A stretch of 63,905 nt of DNA, the filler included, from Malassezia furfur (Eukaryota), in the NCBI GenBank assembly GCA_052055015.1. It is 7 parts of 7 records of this genome, joined end to end, with 100 filler letters (N's around TTAATTAATTAA, not from the genome) between each part and the next. Parts side by side here need not be neighbours in the genome. Positions count along the whole stretch, not along the records: positions 1 to 9,262 come from JBQJIT010000430.1; positions 9,363 to 18,592 come from JBQJIT010000431.1; 5 more parts are not named here. One strand, 5' to 3'. Shown here one piece after another: positions 1-10,986 of this stretch. Position numbers and translations under genes: made by a program. The number at the start of each line of letters is the position of its first letter. The stretch's first letter is position 1. The notes under the pieces are model-generated. The model was not told the origin of the DNA, searched no databases, and was given only the letters and a program-made list of their open reading frames with translations.

Positions 1-3000
1 CGGCCGTGGGTGGTGTCGTGGGCCGCGGCGCGGCGGGCAGCAGCAGGTCGGCGCGCAGGCGCTCCATTTCGCGGAGCGCGTCGAGCGACAAGGCATTGGC
101 TTCGAGCACGCTCCAAAGATGGCGTCGCATTGTGATGCGCAGCGCGAAGTGGTCCATGAGGTGCACCGCGCGGCACAGCAGCGTCGGGTTGCGGAACCGC
201 TCCGGGTATTTTGTGTGTACTTTGGCGAGTGCGTGCCAAGCCGTGCTGGCGACCACGGCGTTGCCGAGGCTTGTCATCAGCGACCAGATGTGGGCCTCCT
301 CGACGTTCGCTGCAGGCACCATGCGTGGCACCGGCGCGGCGGGTGGGCTCGGTGGCTGGGGTATCTAGGTGAGGCACGGCACGTACATGGAGCAAGTCGC
401 TGCCCTCGGTCGGGAGGCAAAGCGAGAGGTCGGCGTCGGTGTGCAGCGCGTACCATCCGTAGCGCTTCAGCGCCTCTGCGCCCTGCTGTGTCTCAGTGAG
501 TAGGTTCAGCGCATAGAAGCACGTCGCGCGCACCGACACGACGGGCGCCGTATCAGCGAGCGCGGTGATGGCAGCGACCGCGTTGCGTTGTTCGAGCAGC
601 GCCAGGCCATGGTCCGAGGAGCCGGCGTGTCCCTGCGCGTGAGTGTGTCAACGTACCAGCGCCCAGAGTGCGGCCTTGCAGTGCAGCACGGCATCGGTAC
701 TCGCGGTGGTGCGCAGCGCCGCGAGGAGGCGCTCGAGGTGGCCCGTGCGTGCAAGGAACGCCGCGCCCGCCTCGGTCGCAACGAGCTGTGCGTAGAGGTG
801 CACGGGCAGCGGAAGTGCGTCGACGTCCAGTGTGCGCTGGAGCACCTGCTCGGCGTCGGCGACGTAGGCCACATTGCGGTAGTGGAGCCAGTGCTCGGCG
901 CAGCGTGCGACGAAGCCCTCGTCGTGCAGCTCGGCAAAGCCGTTGGGGTGCGACAGGAAGCGGAGCAGCAGCTCGTCGTCCTCCTCGCCGAGCAGTGCAA
1001 GGAGCGGGCGCTGCGCCATCACCGCGGCCAGCATCGCCGGGTGTGCACATGCGTCGCGGAGCAGCTGCGCGGCGAGGCGACGGACCTGCGGCGCGACGTC
1101 GTGCAGCTGCGCGAGCAGCAGCGCAATGGCCCACGTCTGTGGCTCGGCATCGAGCCAGAGGTGCTGCGACACGCACAGCGTCGCCGACAGACGCACCTGT
1201 GCGACGCCCGCCGTGAGTGCGCGCTGCAGAAACAGCCGCGTCGGCGCGTCGTGTGTGTAGTCGAGCGCCTGCACGAGCGTCTCGGTGACGAGCGCCGTGT
1301 GGTCGTCCAAACTACACAGGGCGAGCAGCGGCGTGTAGATGCGTGCGCGGTAGAGCAGGTCGAGGCCCGCGGTGCTCTCCGAGAACACTTGCAGGAAGTC
1401 GACGTAGCCGCCCACGAGCGTCGAGCGCATCGCGCGTGCCGACAGCAGCGCGTCGGGTGCACGAGCGACGAGCTGCTCGAGCGCCTCGCGCAGCTCGGTG
1501 AGGAAGCGGTCCTCGGCAAGGAAGCGTACGCCGTCGGTATGGAGGAGCACGGTGCGGAAGTACTTGCGCCCGATCGCCGTCCACACCTCGTTGCCCGCGT
1601 TCGCTCGGAGCGCTGCGTAGCGCTGCGAAAAGGGCCTGAAGAAGGACAGGAGGCGCCGCACGAGTTTCGTGTTGGTCAGCGCCTCGTCGAAGCGGCGCGG
1701 GTCGCGCAGCGGCCCATCGAGCAGCTCGTGGAGCACCGCCTGGTTCCACGCCTGGTGCTCCTTCGTGGCCATCACCATCGAGTCGCGCAGCAGCGCGCGG
1801 AAGTGCGCATCGTCCACCAGCGCGTCCTTCTGCATGCGCACGTCGTCCAGGTAGTGCTGCTGGTGCTCGGACGCGACGAGCGAGCTGCTGCGCAGGCGCG
1901 ACTCGACTGCGTCGATCGCCTGCAGCGCCGTCTTGGCCGCGAGCTGGTCGAGCGGCGCGTTGTGCGTGTCGCGCGCGGGATGTACGAGCTGCGGGAAGGC
2001 GTGCAGCTCGCTGCTTGATGCCGGGAACACGCGCTGCGCCGCGTGCAGCACGAGGTAGAGCAAGTGACTCGCCGGAGCGCGCAGCGCCGGCGCATCACGC
2101 ACAATCGCCACAAGCGCATCGAGCAGGTGCGCGTCGAGCAGCAGCTTGAGCACCAGCGCAAGGTACTGGTCGCGCGGGAGTGTGCGTGGAATGGGCGGTG
2201 CGCTGTGCCGTTGGGCGTGTGAGCGTCTCCGCGGCGGCGGCCGCGGCTCGGTCGGGCGGAAGAGCGCCGTGAGCGTCGCCAGGATGCGCATCTGCGTGCG
2301 CTCCTGGTCCAGACGCAGTGCCGCGACGAGCGCACGCAGTGCCACGCCGTCGTCTAGGCACAGGTAGAGCAGGCCCTGCCATGTGGACAGCAGCCGCAGC
2401 ACGACCTGCTCTGTGGTGCGCAGGCGCTGGTCGTAGTGGTCCTGCGTCGCGAGCGGCACGTTGGTGAAGCCCGCAAGGACTGCAGCCAGGTCCATGTTGG
2501 CACCGACCAGCCTGCGCGTCTCGGGGCGCTCCAGCAACCCCAGCAGGCCGTCGGCGAGTGCGAGCGACCGCGCCGGGGGCATGTCACAGATCGCGCGCCA
2601 GAGCGGCTCGAGCGCGAGCGTGCGGCCGAGAAGCGGCGCATCGAGCATCGCGAGCTCGGCGAGCGTCTCGATGACTGAGGCATACAACGGGTCTTCGGGC
2701 TCTTGTGCGATCGCCGTAAGCGTGCGCACGAGCCCTTCGGTGACGAGCGTCTCGCCGAGCCCGAGGCGCTCGGTCCACGACACAAGTGCGCGCATGCACT
2801 TGAGCGCCTGCTCGCGCTCGTGTGCATCGGTGCGCTCGCGTACGAGTGCGCGGCTGAGCAGCAGCGGCAGCACGGCCGCATACGACTCGGCGAGGCGCAG
2901 GACGGCGTCGCGGTGCAGCAGGTAGCGCACGAGGTGCACGGCGTGTGCACGGACGCGGTCGTTGCCCCCGTGGCCCATCAGCTCGAGCAGGCTGGGTGAG

Positions 3001-3580
3001 TGGCGGCGACGTACGCTGGCAAAAGTTCGGGCACGTCGCGGTCGAGCGGTGCGCGCAACGACGCATGGGTGCGCAACAAGCTCAGAAGGCACAGGAGGGT
3101 GTCGATCTGCGCACGCGTCGTGCGCCGTGCGCCGCCGTCGCGTGCTCCGGGCGCCTCCCTGCTTGCGCTGTGTGCGGTGCTCGTGAGCACGCGTGCAAGC
3201 GACGTGGCGAGCCGGCCGACACGCGCTTCGGTGCCCTCGTCGGTGGGCATTGCATAGCGCAGCTCGGGCCGGTTGAGATCCTCGAGCCCCTGGACGGCGC
3301 GAATCGCGCGTGGTTTCAAAAATGTGCCGCTGGGATCGGACGGGACGCTGGGCTGGAGTACGTCGCGGCGCGCCTGAAGCGCGGCGATCTGTTCTTCGGC
3401 CACGTCGAGCTCACGCTGGATCTGCGAGCGGAGCGCGCCGCTTTCGGCGCCTTGTGCGTCCAGCACACGGAGAATGCTTTCTGCTCCATGCTTGATGCGC
3501 AACTCGAGCTCCAAGCGCTCTGCGACGTCCGCGAACTGCGTCAGGGGCCCAGCGCCTGCCTCGTTCGCGCGCGCCGCCAT
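1..3580 (-). CDS. AVO3: TORC2 subunit Rictor (Avo3/Ste20), 3' end runs off window; introns 2992-3014, 633-656, 365-386
   Basis: N-terminal HR1-like segment (LELELRIKHGAESIL), EREQALK motif, KAALWALGHAGSS and SVRATCFYAL...GAEALKRYGW motifs, all in frame after removing three GT-AG introns. Confidence 0.9.
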
Positions 3581-3630
3581 CGCGTTGGGGCCCACGTGGC
3601 AGTGGAGGTGGGGCAAGGCGTGCCGCGACG

Positions 3631-5543
3631 ATGTGGCTGTGGCAACTGGGGCTCGCTGCGTTGGCGGGCGTGGTGTCGGTGGGTGCCGCGCCCGTGGCGC
3701 ATGACAGCCGCTTTCCCGAGGGACGTACGCTGACCGATTCCAACTTCACGTCGGTGCAGCACGGCGCCTGGCTCGTCGAGTTCTACTCGCCCAAGTGCCC
3801 CACGTGTCAGCGGTTCGCTCCCGTGTGGGCGCAGCTGGGCGATGCCAAGGACGCATTGCGCATGGATCCCGTCGCGCCGCTGACGATCGCGCGCGTCAAC
3901 TGTCTGATCTCAATGGATCTGTGTGTGCAGGAGCAGGTGCAGTCCTATCCGCAGATCACGCTGTATCACGACGGCACCAAGATGGATGCGGATATCGACC
4001 ACGACTTCTCGCTCGACAACCTCGCCGCGTACGTGGATAAGGCCGCGGAGGCGTATCGCGTGAAGAAGACAACGGGTGCGACGGATGCACAGAGCGCCGC
4101 CCCACCCGCGCCCCTGTCGACGTCGGCCCCCGCATCTGAGGCCGTTGCGTCGACCACGGCCACTGCCGCGCCGGCCTCCACGACGCCGGCCGCCGTTGCG
4201 CAGGGCACATCTGACGCATCGAAGTCGGGCATGTCGCTTGCTCCTCTGCCGGGGCTCACCGAGTACGGCTCTTCGACGCTGCCGAACGAGGCGTCGCTCG
4301 AGGCGTACCTCGGCACCGACCACGGCCAGGGTCCCTCGTTTGTAAAGTGTACGTGACGGCGACTAACCCAGTCTATGCCCCCTGGTGCCACCACTGCCGC
4401 GCGATGGCGCCCGAGTACGCCAAGGTCGCCGTTTCGGTCAAGGGCCAAGTGAATGCGATCGCGGTCAACTGTGAAAAGTACAGCGATCTGTGCCTCAAAT
4501 ACAACATCAAGGGCTTCCCCACGCTCCGCGTGTACGCCAACGGCAACAGCACCGCGTTCCAGGGCGAGCGCACCAAGCAGACGATGCTCTCCTTCCTCCA
4601 GGAGCAGGGCGCGTACACCTCGCTGCATGGCATCCGTGCGCAGGAGCTCGACGCGGAGCTGAGCCGCGCGCGCGTCTCGCTCCTGTACCTCGTGTCGCCC
4701 ACGGCGCCTGCCACCGAGAAGGATGCGGTCGACCTGGCGGCCATCGCGTACGACCACGGCTCGGTGCTGCACGCGACCGACCCCGAGCTGCTGCGCCGCT
4801 TCCCTGCGGCGTCGCGCGCCGGGGCCAGTGACGGCAGCAGCGGCTCGCGCCTGCTCGTGTTCAAAGAGTACCAGTCGCAGCCGTCGGCGGCGCTCGAGCT
4901 GCAGACGCTGCCGACGAATGCCGCAGACGCCAGCGCCCAGATCGAGCAGTGGTTCGAGCGGCATGGCCACGAGCGCCTTGCGCAGGTCGACGGCGACTCG
5001 CTGCAGCACACGCTCGAGAACGCCCAGGGCCAGCCTGTGGTGTTGGCGGTGCTGGGTGCCGACACCAACGATGCGACGGCCCTCAATGCGCAGGTCGACA
5101 GCGTGCGCCAGCTGGCGAACGCATGGGCGCAAAAAGAGGCGCTGGATCAGGACACGACGCTGCGCTTTGTGTGGCTCGACGCGGAGCGCCACCGCGACCT
5201 GCTGGACGAGTACAGTGTGAACGTGGCCAAGGTGCCGCAGCTGCTCTACTTCCGCCCGACCGACCACATGGTCGTCGCGTACGACGGCGACACGTGGCTC
5301 GAGCAGAACGCAGCACTGGCGTGGCTGACACGCGCGCAGACGGGCGGCGTGTCGGGCGGGCGCTACGGCTCCATGCTGGGCCGGACGATGTCGACGGTGC
5401 GGCACTCGGGCCGCAAGGCGGGGTCGGTGGTGCAGGAGCACCCGCTGTTTGTGGTGCTGCTGGTCGTGCTAGGCCTGCTACTGAACCCCAAGACGCGCCG
5501 GATGCTGCGTCCGGTGACGCGCGGCTATAGGAAACTGGTGTAA
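3631..5543 (+). CDS. Membrane-anchored protein disulfide isomerase-like thioredoxin protein (Eps1-like); intron 4349-4371
   Basis: Signal peptide, WLVEFYSPKCPTC and (after splicing) FVKFYAPWCHHC thioredoxin motifs, C-terminal TM helix. Confidence 0.85.
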
Positions 5544-5558
5544 TGACAGCGACGAATC

Positions 5559-6368
5559 TTAGTCCTCTTCGACAAACTTCTTGACGTTTTCGAGCCAGCT
5601 GCAGTACTCGCGCTGCTCCTTGAGCTCGGCGTAGTTGGGGATGAAGAGCGCGAGGCCGGTGGCGATGCCGCGCTCCGCCAGGTAGCTCTCAAACTGAGCC
5701 TGGACGTTTTCGTCGAGCGTCTCAAACTGCGGACCCATGTACAGGCCGCGGCGCTGCCAGTCCGCGTCGGAGGTCAGCTCGGTGGCGAGCACATCGTCCT
5801 TGTAGAAGGTGATGTTCTCAATCATAAATTGGCCGTCCTGCGCCTGGGCGTCGATGTTGAGCGAGCCCTTGTTCTGCTTGGTGACGTTGATGGCACAGCG
5901 CACGGGGAAGCTGCCCTCAAACTCGTCCTCCCCAGTGGCCCCGACTTGGTCGCTCTCGTCCTGGTCGAGCTCGTGCGAGGGGTCCGTGGTATCGATCTCG
6001 CCAATGCTGAATAGCACGCGGATGTTCTCGTTGCCAAACTCACGCGTGAGCGCAATTTCGTCCGAGCCGCTCTTGTCCTCGATGTGCCACACACCCTCAG
6101 ACTTGAACTGGCGCAGCCAGTCCGGCTCGTAGTCCTTGCCGCCCGCGGCCTCGGCGGCCTCCTTCTCGTAGTTGATCTCCTGCTGCAGGCTCGCGGCGAG
6201 CTCAGAGTCCGACTCGCCCTCGCCGCAGCGGCGCACAGACGTGGTGAAAGCACGCGGCACCGGCGCACACACAGCACGCGGCGCAACCGCAACACGCACA
6301 GCCGCACCGCGCATCGTCGCGCGCGACACCGCAGGAAGACGCTGGATCGCTGCACGGAAGCTCGACAT
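5559..6368 (-). CDS. MAM33: Mitochondrial acidic matrix protein Mam33/p32 (C1QBP family)
   Basis: Arg/Ala presequence, YMGPQFETLDENVQ...YLAERGI...KEQREYCSWL motif. Confidence 0.9.
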   Translation of the reverse strand: MSSFRAAIQRLPAVSRATMRGAAVRVAVAPRAVCAPVPRAFTTSVRRCGEGESDSELAASLQQEINYEKEAAEAAGGKDYEPDWLRQFKSEGVWHIEDKSGSDEIALTREFGNENIRVLFSIGEIDTTDPSHELDQDESDQVGATGEDEFEGSFPVRCAINVTKQNKGSLNIDAQAQDGQFMIENITFYKDDVLATELTSDADWQRRGLYMGPQFETLDENVQAQFESYLAERGIATGLALFIPNYAELKEQREYCSWLENVKKFVEED

Positions 6369-6477
6369 GGTCACAAACGGTGAAAGGGTGGAGTGGCAAC
6401 GCGCGGCCGACGCTTCCTCGCACGTGGGGGCTGAGTCAGCCACCACGGGCGGCCCTGGCTTGCCGCTCGTCTCCAGC

Positions 6478-7301
6478 ATGCGTGGGAGTCTCTGGCTTGC
6501 GCCGTTTGTCGTGGCGTGCGCATCGCTCGCGCACGCGCGTGACGCGCCCATGCTGGCGTTCCTGTCTCCCCGCACCGATGCCAATGTCCTGCGTGCTCCC
6601 GAGGTGGACGCACGCGCGCCGCGCTCGCCCAACGTCCCGGCGGACCGTGCCGCGGCACGGCTGATGCACCACTGCCACGACAATGGCGTCCCGGAGGTGT
6701 GCAACCTGGATGCACTGGTGCACATGGAGGTGGATGCGGTATGTGCCACAGACTTACCCAGCGCGACCATGCGTCGTTCGCACAGCAGATCGATGCCCAG
6801 CCGTCGCTGCGGAAGCGCGCGCTGCAGGCGCCGCACCAGCTCGTGCTGCCGGCCATCGACCAGAGCGCGCAGAGCTTTGGCGATGCGCTCAAGAATGCGA
6901 TACAGACCAAGTGCAGTGGATGGCGCTCCGTGTCCCACCGCGACTACGACGCGTCCCACCGGACGCTCATCTCGGTCGATGCCCAGGGTATGTCGGATGC
7001 CGAGATGCTGCGCACGCTCGAGGACATTGAGCGTGCCTCTCCATCGCACGCTGTTGTGATCACGGCTGCGTCACCCAAGCTACAGAGGCGCTACATCCCC
7101 GTCCAGCCGGAGCAGCTGCATTCGCATGGCAAGTTTTTGGAGCGCTACCAGCTGTTCTCGTCTGCGACCGTGTTGTCACTCGGCGTCGGTAGCTTCCTGG
7201 TCTTCTTCGTGCTCGTCGCCGTGCACCTTCTCAGCACGACTGAGACTCCCGATAAGCTCGGCAGTGGGCGCGGCGTGTCCCACGAAAAGAAGCGGCAATA
7301 G
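6478..7301 (+). CDS. ER type-I membrane protein, V-ATPase assembly factor Voa1/Big1 (Ac45-like); intron 6739-6761
   Basis: Signal peptide, FLERYQLFS before a C-terminal TM helix, terminal di-lysine KKRQ ER-retrieval motif. Confidence 0.6.
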
Positions 7302-7393
7302 TCTCCTGATAGGGCCCGATCGATCCCTGGCTCTCGGCGCGCGAATTTGGGTTTATCGCGTGGTCTTGACACGCGCCTAAATCCGGAGACATC

Positions 7394-9042
7394 ATGTCGA
7401 CCCAGGGTTCAGCATCGTCCAAGCGGCCGCTCACCAACGGCTCGGCCGCCACCAACCAATCACACATGCAAGTGGAAAAGGTGGGGCGCGACGTCGTATC
7501 GCGCCCAAACTCTTCCCTGAGCATGCGTACGGTGAACGTTGATCATGTCGAAGACGTCGCCGCGCACAACATGTCCATGTACACCCACGTCGACAACCAC
7601 TTTGATGGTACGCACGACCTGCTCACCTCAGAGAATACCACGCTAGTCCAGCGACACATACCTGGCAACGAACGCCCTGACATTCTCCGCAATCCGCGGT
7701 TTTGGATCTCGCAAACCCTCGCAGTCATCGTTTCTTCCGTGATCCTGTTGGCAGTCGTATGCGTCGGTCTGATGCACCGCTCTCTTGGTCTTATTCCGCG
7801 CCTCATCCGTCTCAAGGGCACGCCCTTGCGCAGCTGGGACTGCCATGGGCGCTGGAAAGGCGAGAAACTCGTCAAGAGCCCACAGTACTATGCGCGCAGC
7901 TGCGGCTTTGACATCGCTGACGAGCAGGTCGAGACCAAGGACGGCTATTATCTGCGCATTCACCGCGTCATCTGCAACGACACTGAGCAGATGCGCCGCG
8001 GACCGGGTAAGGGCTACCCTATACTCATCCTTCACGGCCTGTTTCAGTCCTCGGGCTCATTCATTACCTCAGAAGAGCGCAGTCTCGCCTTCTGGCTTGC
8101 CGCACAAGGATACCAGGTATACTTGGGGAACAACCGCGCTGCCTACGACATGGGACATCGGCGGTTCAGCCGGTATGCGCCCGAGTTTTGGGACTACAAC
8201 ATTCGTGACCTTGCTTTGTACGACCTTCCTGCAATGGTTGACTATGTCCGCCAACGCACCGGGTACGAAAAGATTGCCTTTATCGGGCATTCCCAGGGCA
8301 ACGCAACCGGATTCATTGCACTCTCGCGCTGGTTTGTGCCCGAGCTGGGGACCAAGCTTTCGTACTTTGGTGCACTGGCGCCCGCGGTGTTTGCAGGGCC
8401 GTTGACCAAATGCTTCCCTCTGAGCTACATGTGCAAGCTTGATTGGCCGACGTGGCGCCGTCTTTTTGGCGTCCTGGACTTTATTCCGTTGATGAAGTGT
8501 ATGTCGTGAGTCTCATTCCAGTTTCGTACGATTGGACGCCCGCTGCGCCATATGCGGCGCTTGGCTACCAGATGTTTGGTACGCAAGGATGTATCTAACC
8601 CAGCCTACCTGTTTGAGTGGAACGACACCAACTGGCTTTCTCGGCGCAAACCTAAAATGTTCCGGTTCACACCGCAGCCTGTATCGTCTGCGGCCATGTT
8701 CTGGTGGGGCGGCAAAGACAGCTTTGTGACACGTGGCTCGCTCTTTGAGCCGGACCAGCAGTGGTTTGAGGAACACTTCCCGCCCTTGGCCCTCTATGGC
8801 GGTGGCCGAGACCGACTTGTCCTCACTGAGCCATTGGTGGAGCACATTCGCAAGCATGAGCCGAACGTGCGTCTGTTGAGGGTGAAAATCCAGCCGGAAG
8901 CAGAGCATTGCGACCATTACTGGGCAGCAGATGCCGTTGAATGGTGTTTCATGGACATTGTCGGTACGTGGACGATTAACCGTCAGATGATATCGAAAAT
9001 ACACGATATGATCGGCAAGACGCCCAACTGGTCTCTGTATAA
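7394..9042 (+). CDS. AB-hydrolase lipase / steryl ester hydrolase (Tgl1/Yeh family); introns 8499-8521, 8579-8603, 8964-8986
   Basis: VETKDGYYLRIHR, LHGLFQSS, GNNR, GHSQG nucleophile elbow, EHCD His motif; N-terminal TM segment. Confidence 0.85.
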
Positions 9043-9215
9043 TGACTCTCCTCTCCCTTCTTTATTTTTTACGCATTTCGCAGCAGTATACTATAGACGC
9101 TAGTCTGATCAGGTTGGCTGACATGCGGACACGCAAGCCAAGATGGCCAGGGTAAGGTGGTAGAGGTGGGCGCAATCCGTTATATATGTTCGCATCTCCG
9201 AGATGAACAGCAGCT

Positions 9216-9262
9216 GGGGAATTAGCTCAGTGGTAGAGCGCTTGCTTAGCACTTGTGAATGC
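9216..9262 (+). tRNA. tRNA-Ala(AGC), 5' part with probable short intron, truncated by contig end
   Basis: GGGGAATTAGCTCAGTGGTAGAGCG D-arm/A-box, CTTGC-TT-AGC-A anticodon arm; TATA-like TTATATAT about 30 nt upstream. Confidence 0.8.
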
Positions 9263-9362
9263 NNNNNNNNNNNNNNNNNNNNNNNNNNNNNNNNNNNNNN
9301 NNNNNNTTAATTAATTAANNNNNNNNNNNNNNNNNNNNNNNNNNNNNNNNNNNNNNNNNNNN
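9263..9362. other. Artificial contig linker N44-TTAATTAATTAA-N44
   Basis: Identical 100-nt spacer with stops in all six frames. Confidence 0.97.
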
Positions 9363-10309
9363 TTTTTTCGCCGTTCGTCGACTCCAGTTTGCAGAACAAC
9401 TACTGGGACTTTGGCGGGCACACGATCGTCGACACCAACCGCTACGTGCGCCTGACGCAGGACCGTCAGAGCGAGCGTGGCTGGCTCTGGTCGCGCCTGC
9501 CGATCGAGGCGAACGACTTTGAGATCACGACCGAGTTCGTGATCAAGGGCGACTCGCCGACGCAACACGGCGACGGCTTCGCGATGTGGCTCACCACGAC
9601 GCGCGCCAAGGAGGGGCCCGTGTTTGGCAACCAGGACCACTTCAAGGGCCTGGGATTGATCTTTGACACCTACCCGAACACGCCGCACCGCAGCGTCTTT
9701 CCGCGCATCTCGGCCGTGTACAACAACGGCGACATGAGCTACGACATGGCGCACGACGGCGAGAACCAGGAGATTGTGTCGTGCACGGAACAGCTGCGCC
9801 GGACACCGGTCGAGACGCGTCTGCGCTTCACCTTCGTCCGCGACGTGTACATGGAACTGGCCATCCAGAACCGCCAGTGGAACCAGTGGACAAGCTGCTT
9901 CCGCGTGCCGGCCGTCGACCTGCAGCACCCGTACCTCGGCTTCACGGCGAGCACGGGCGGCGTGAGCGACTCGCACAACATCGTGTCGGTGTGGACCAAC
10001 AGCCTCGTCTACCACTCGCGCTCGCCCGAGGACCTCGAGCGCGAGCGCCTGCACATCTTTGGCGACAAGCAGGGCTCGCGCAAGTCCAACTGGTGGGGCG
10101 GCTCGGGCGCCTCGGACACCTCGTCGACCGCCCAGCGCGTGGCGCGCGACGACCTGCGGCGCCCGTCGATCATCAAGCGTTTCTTCCTGGGCGTGGCACT
10201 CTTGATCAAATGGACGCTCATCCTCGTCGTCGTGGGCGCGGCAGGCTACTTTGGATACCAGTACTACACAGCGCGCACGCGGCGTCACACGCGGCGCACG
10301 CTTGCCTAA
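9363..10309 (+). CDS. L-type (legume-like) lectin cargo receptor, VIP36/ERGIC-53/Emp47 family, 5' truncated
   Basis: WDFGG, VRLTQDRQS.RGWLWS, GDGFAMW, FDTYPN, GFTASTG...HNI motifs; C-terminal TM helix. Confidence 0.88.
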
Positions 10310-10955
10310 GTACATACCCTGTCGACAAAAACCGTTTTCCTGTAGAAAGCAAGTTCTGCGTGAGTTCGCGGCGTACCAGCAATCGATCCACGAATGTCGT
10401 CCAGTGCACGGTGCCGCACGGCGTCTTTAGGCGGCGCCCAGACGCGCTCGGCGCCGTACCAGCGCCGCACGAGCTCCTTGATGGTGCTCACGTCGACGAT
10501 CCGGTAGTGTAGGTGCGCGACCAGCTCCGGCATCTCGTTCACCAAAAAGCTCTTGTCCGCATGCACCGTGTTGCCCGCCAGGCACGCGTCGCCTTTCCCA
10601 GGCACGCGGTCCAACACGTATGCAAGCAGCGCCGTGCGCACGTCGTTGTGCGACGGCGCATCGGGCGCAAGACAAGCATCGGTGAGCCCGGTCTCTTTGT
10701 GTGTCGACGTGCACCACGCGTCCATCTGCGCCAGCACTGCGGGCGGCGTCGCGATCACGTACGACACACCCTCGTCGACGGGGCGCAGATCGCCATCGGT
10801 AATCACGCACGCGACCTCCAGCAGCCGCTCCTTGCGAGGATCCAGTCCCGTCATCCTGTGTCAGCGTGCACAACACACTCGCAGTCAATCCACACTAGCG
10901 GGCCGTCTTCGCGGCCCAACACGCGCGTCGGCGCCGGCGGGGGGATGGGCGCCAT
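10306..10955 (-). CDS. REX2: Oligoribonuclease (DEDDh exonuclease); introns 10856-10878, 10356-10376
   Basis: PLVWIDCEMTGLD and HRALDDIRGSIAELAFYR motifs are restored by splicing; LAGNTVHADK, HYRIVDVST. Confidence 0.92.
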
Positions 10956-10986
10956 GGTGCGAAATCGGGGATCGGGCGTCCGTGCG

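Noticed and set aside
633..4371. Apparent frameshifts or pseudogenes in the Rictor and PDI genes
   Set aside because: Every break is explained by a canonical micro-intron.
9307..9318. TTAATTAATTAA palindrome recurring about every 9.3 kb
   Set aside because: Synthetic six-frame stop linker flanked by N44; not a biological repeat or CRISPR.
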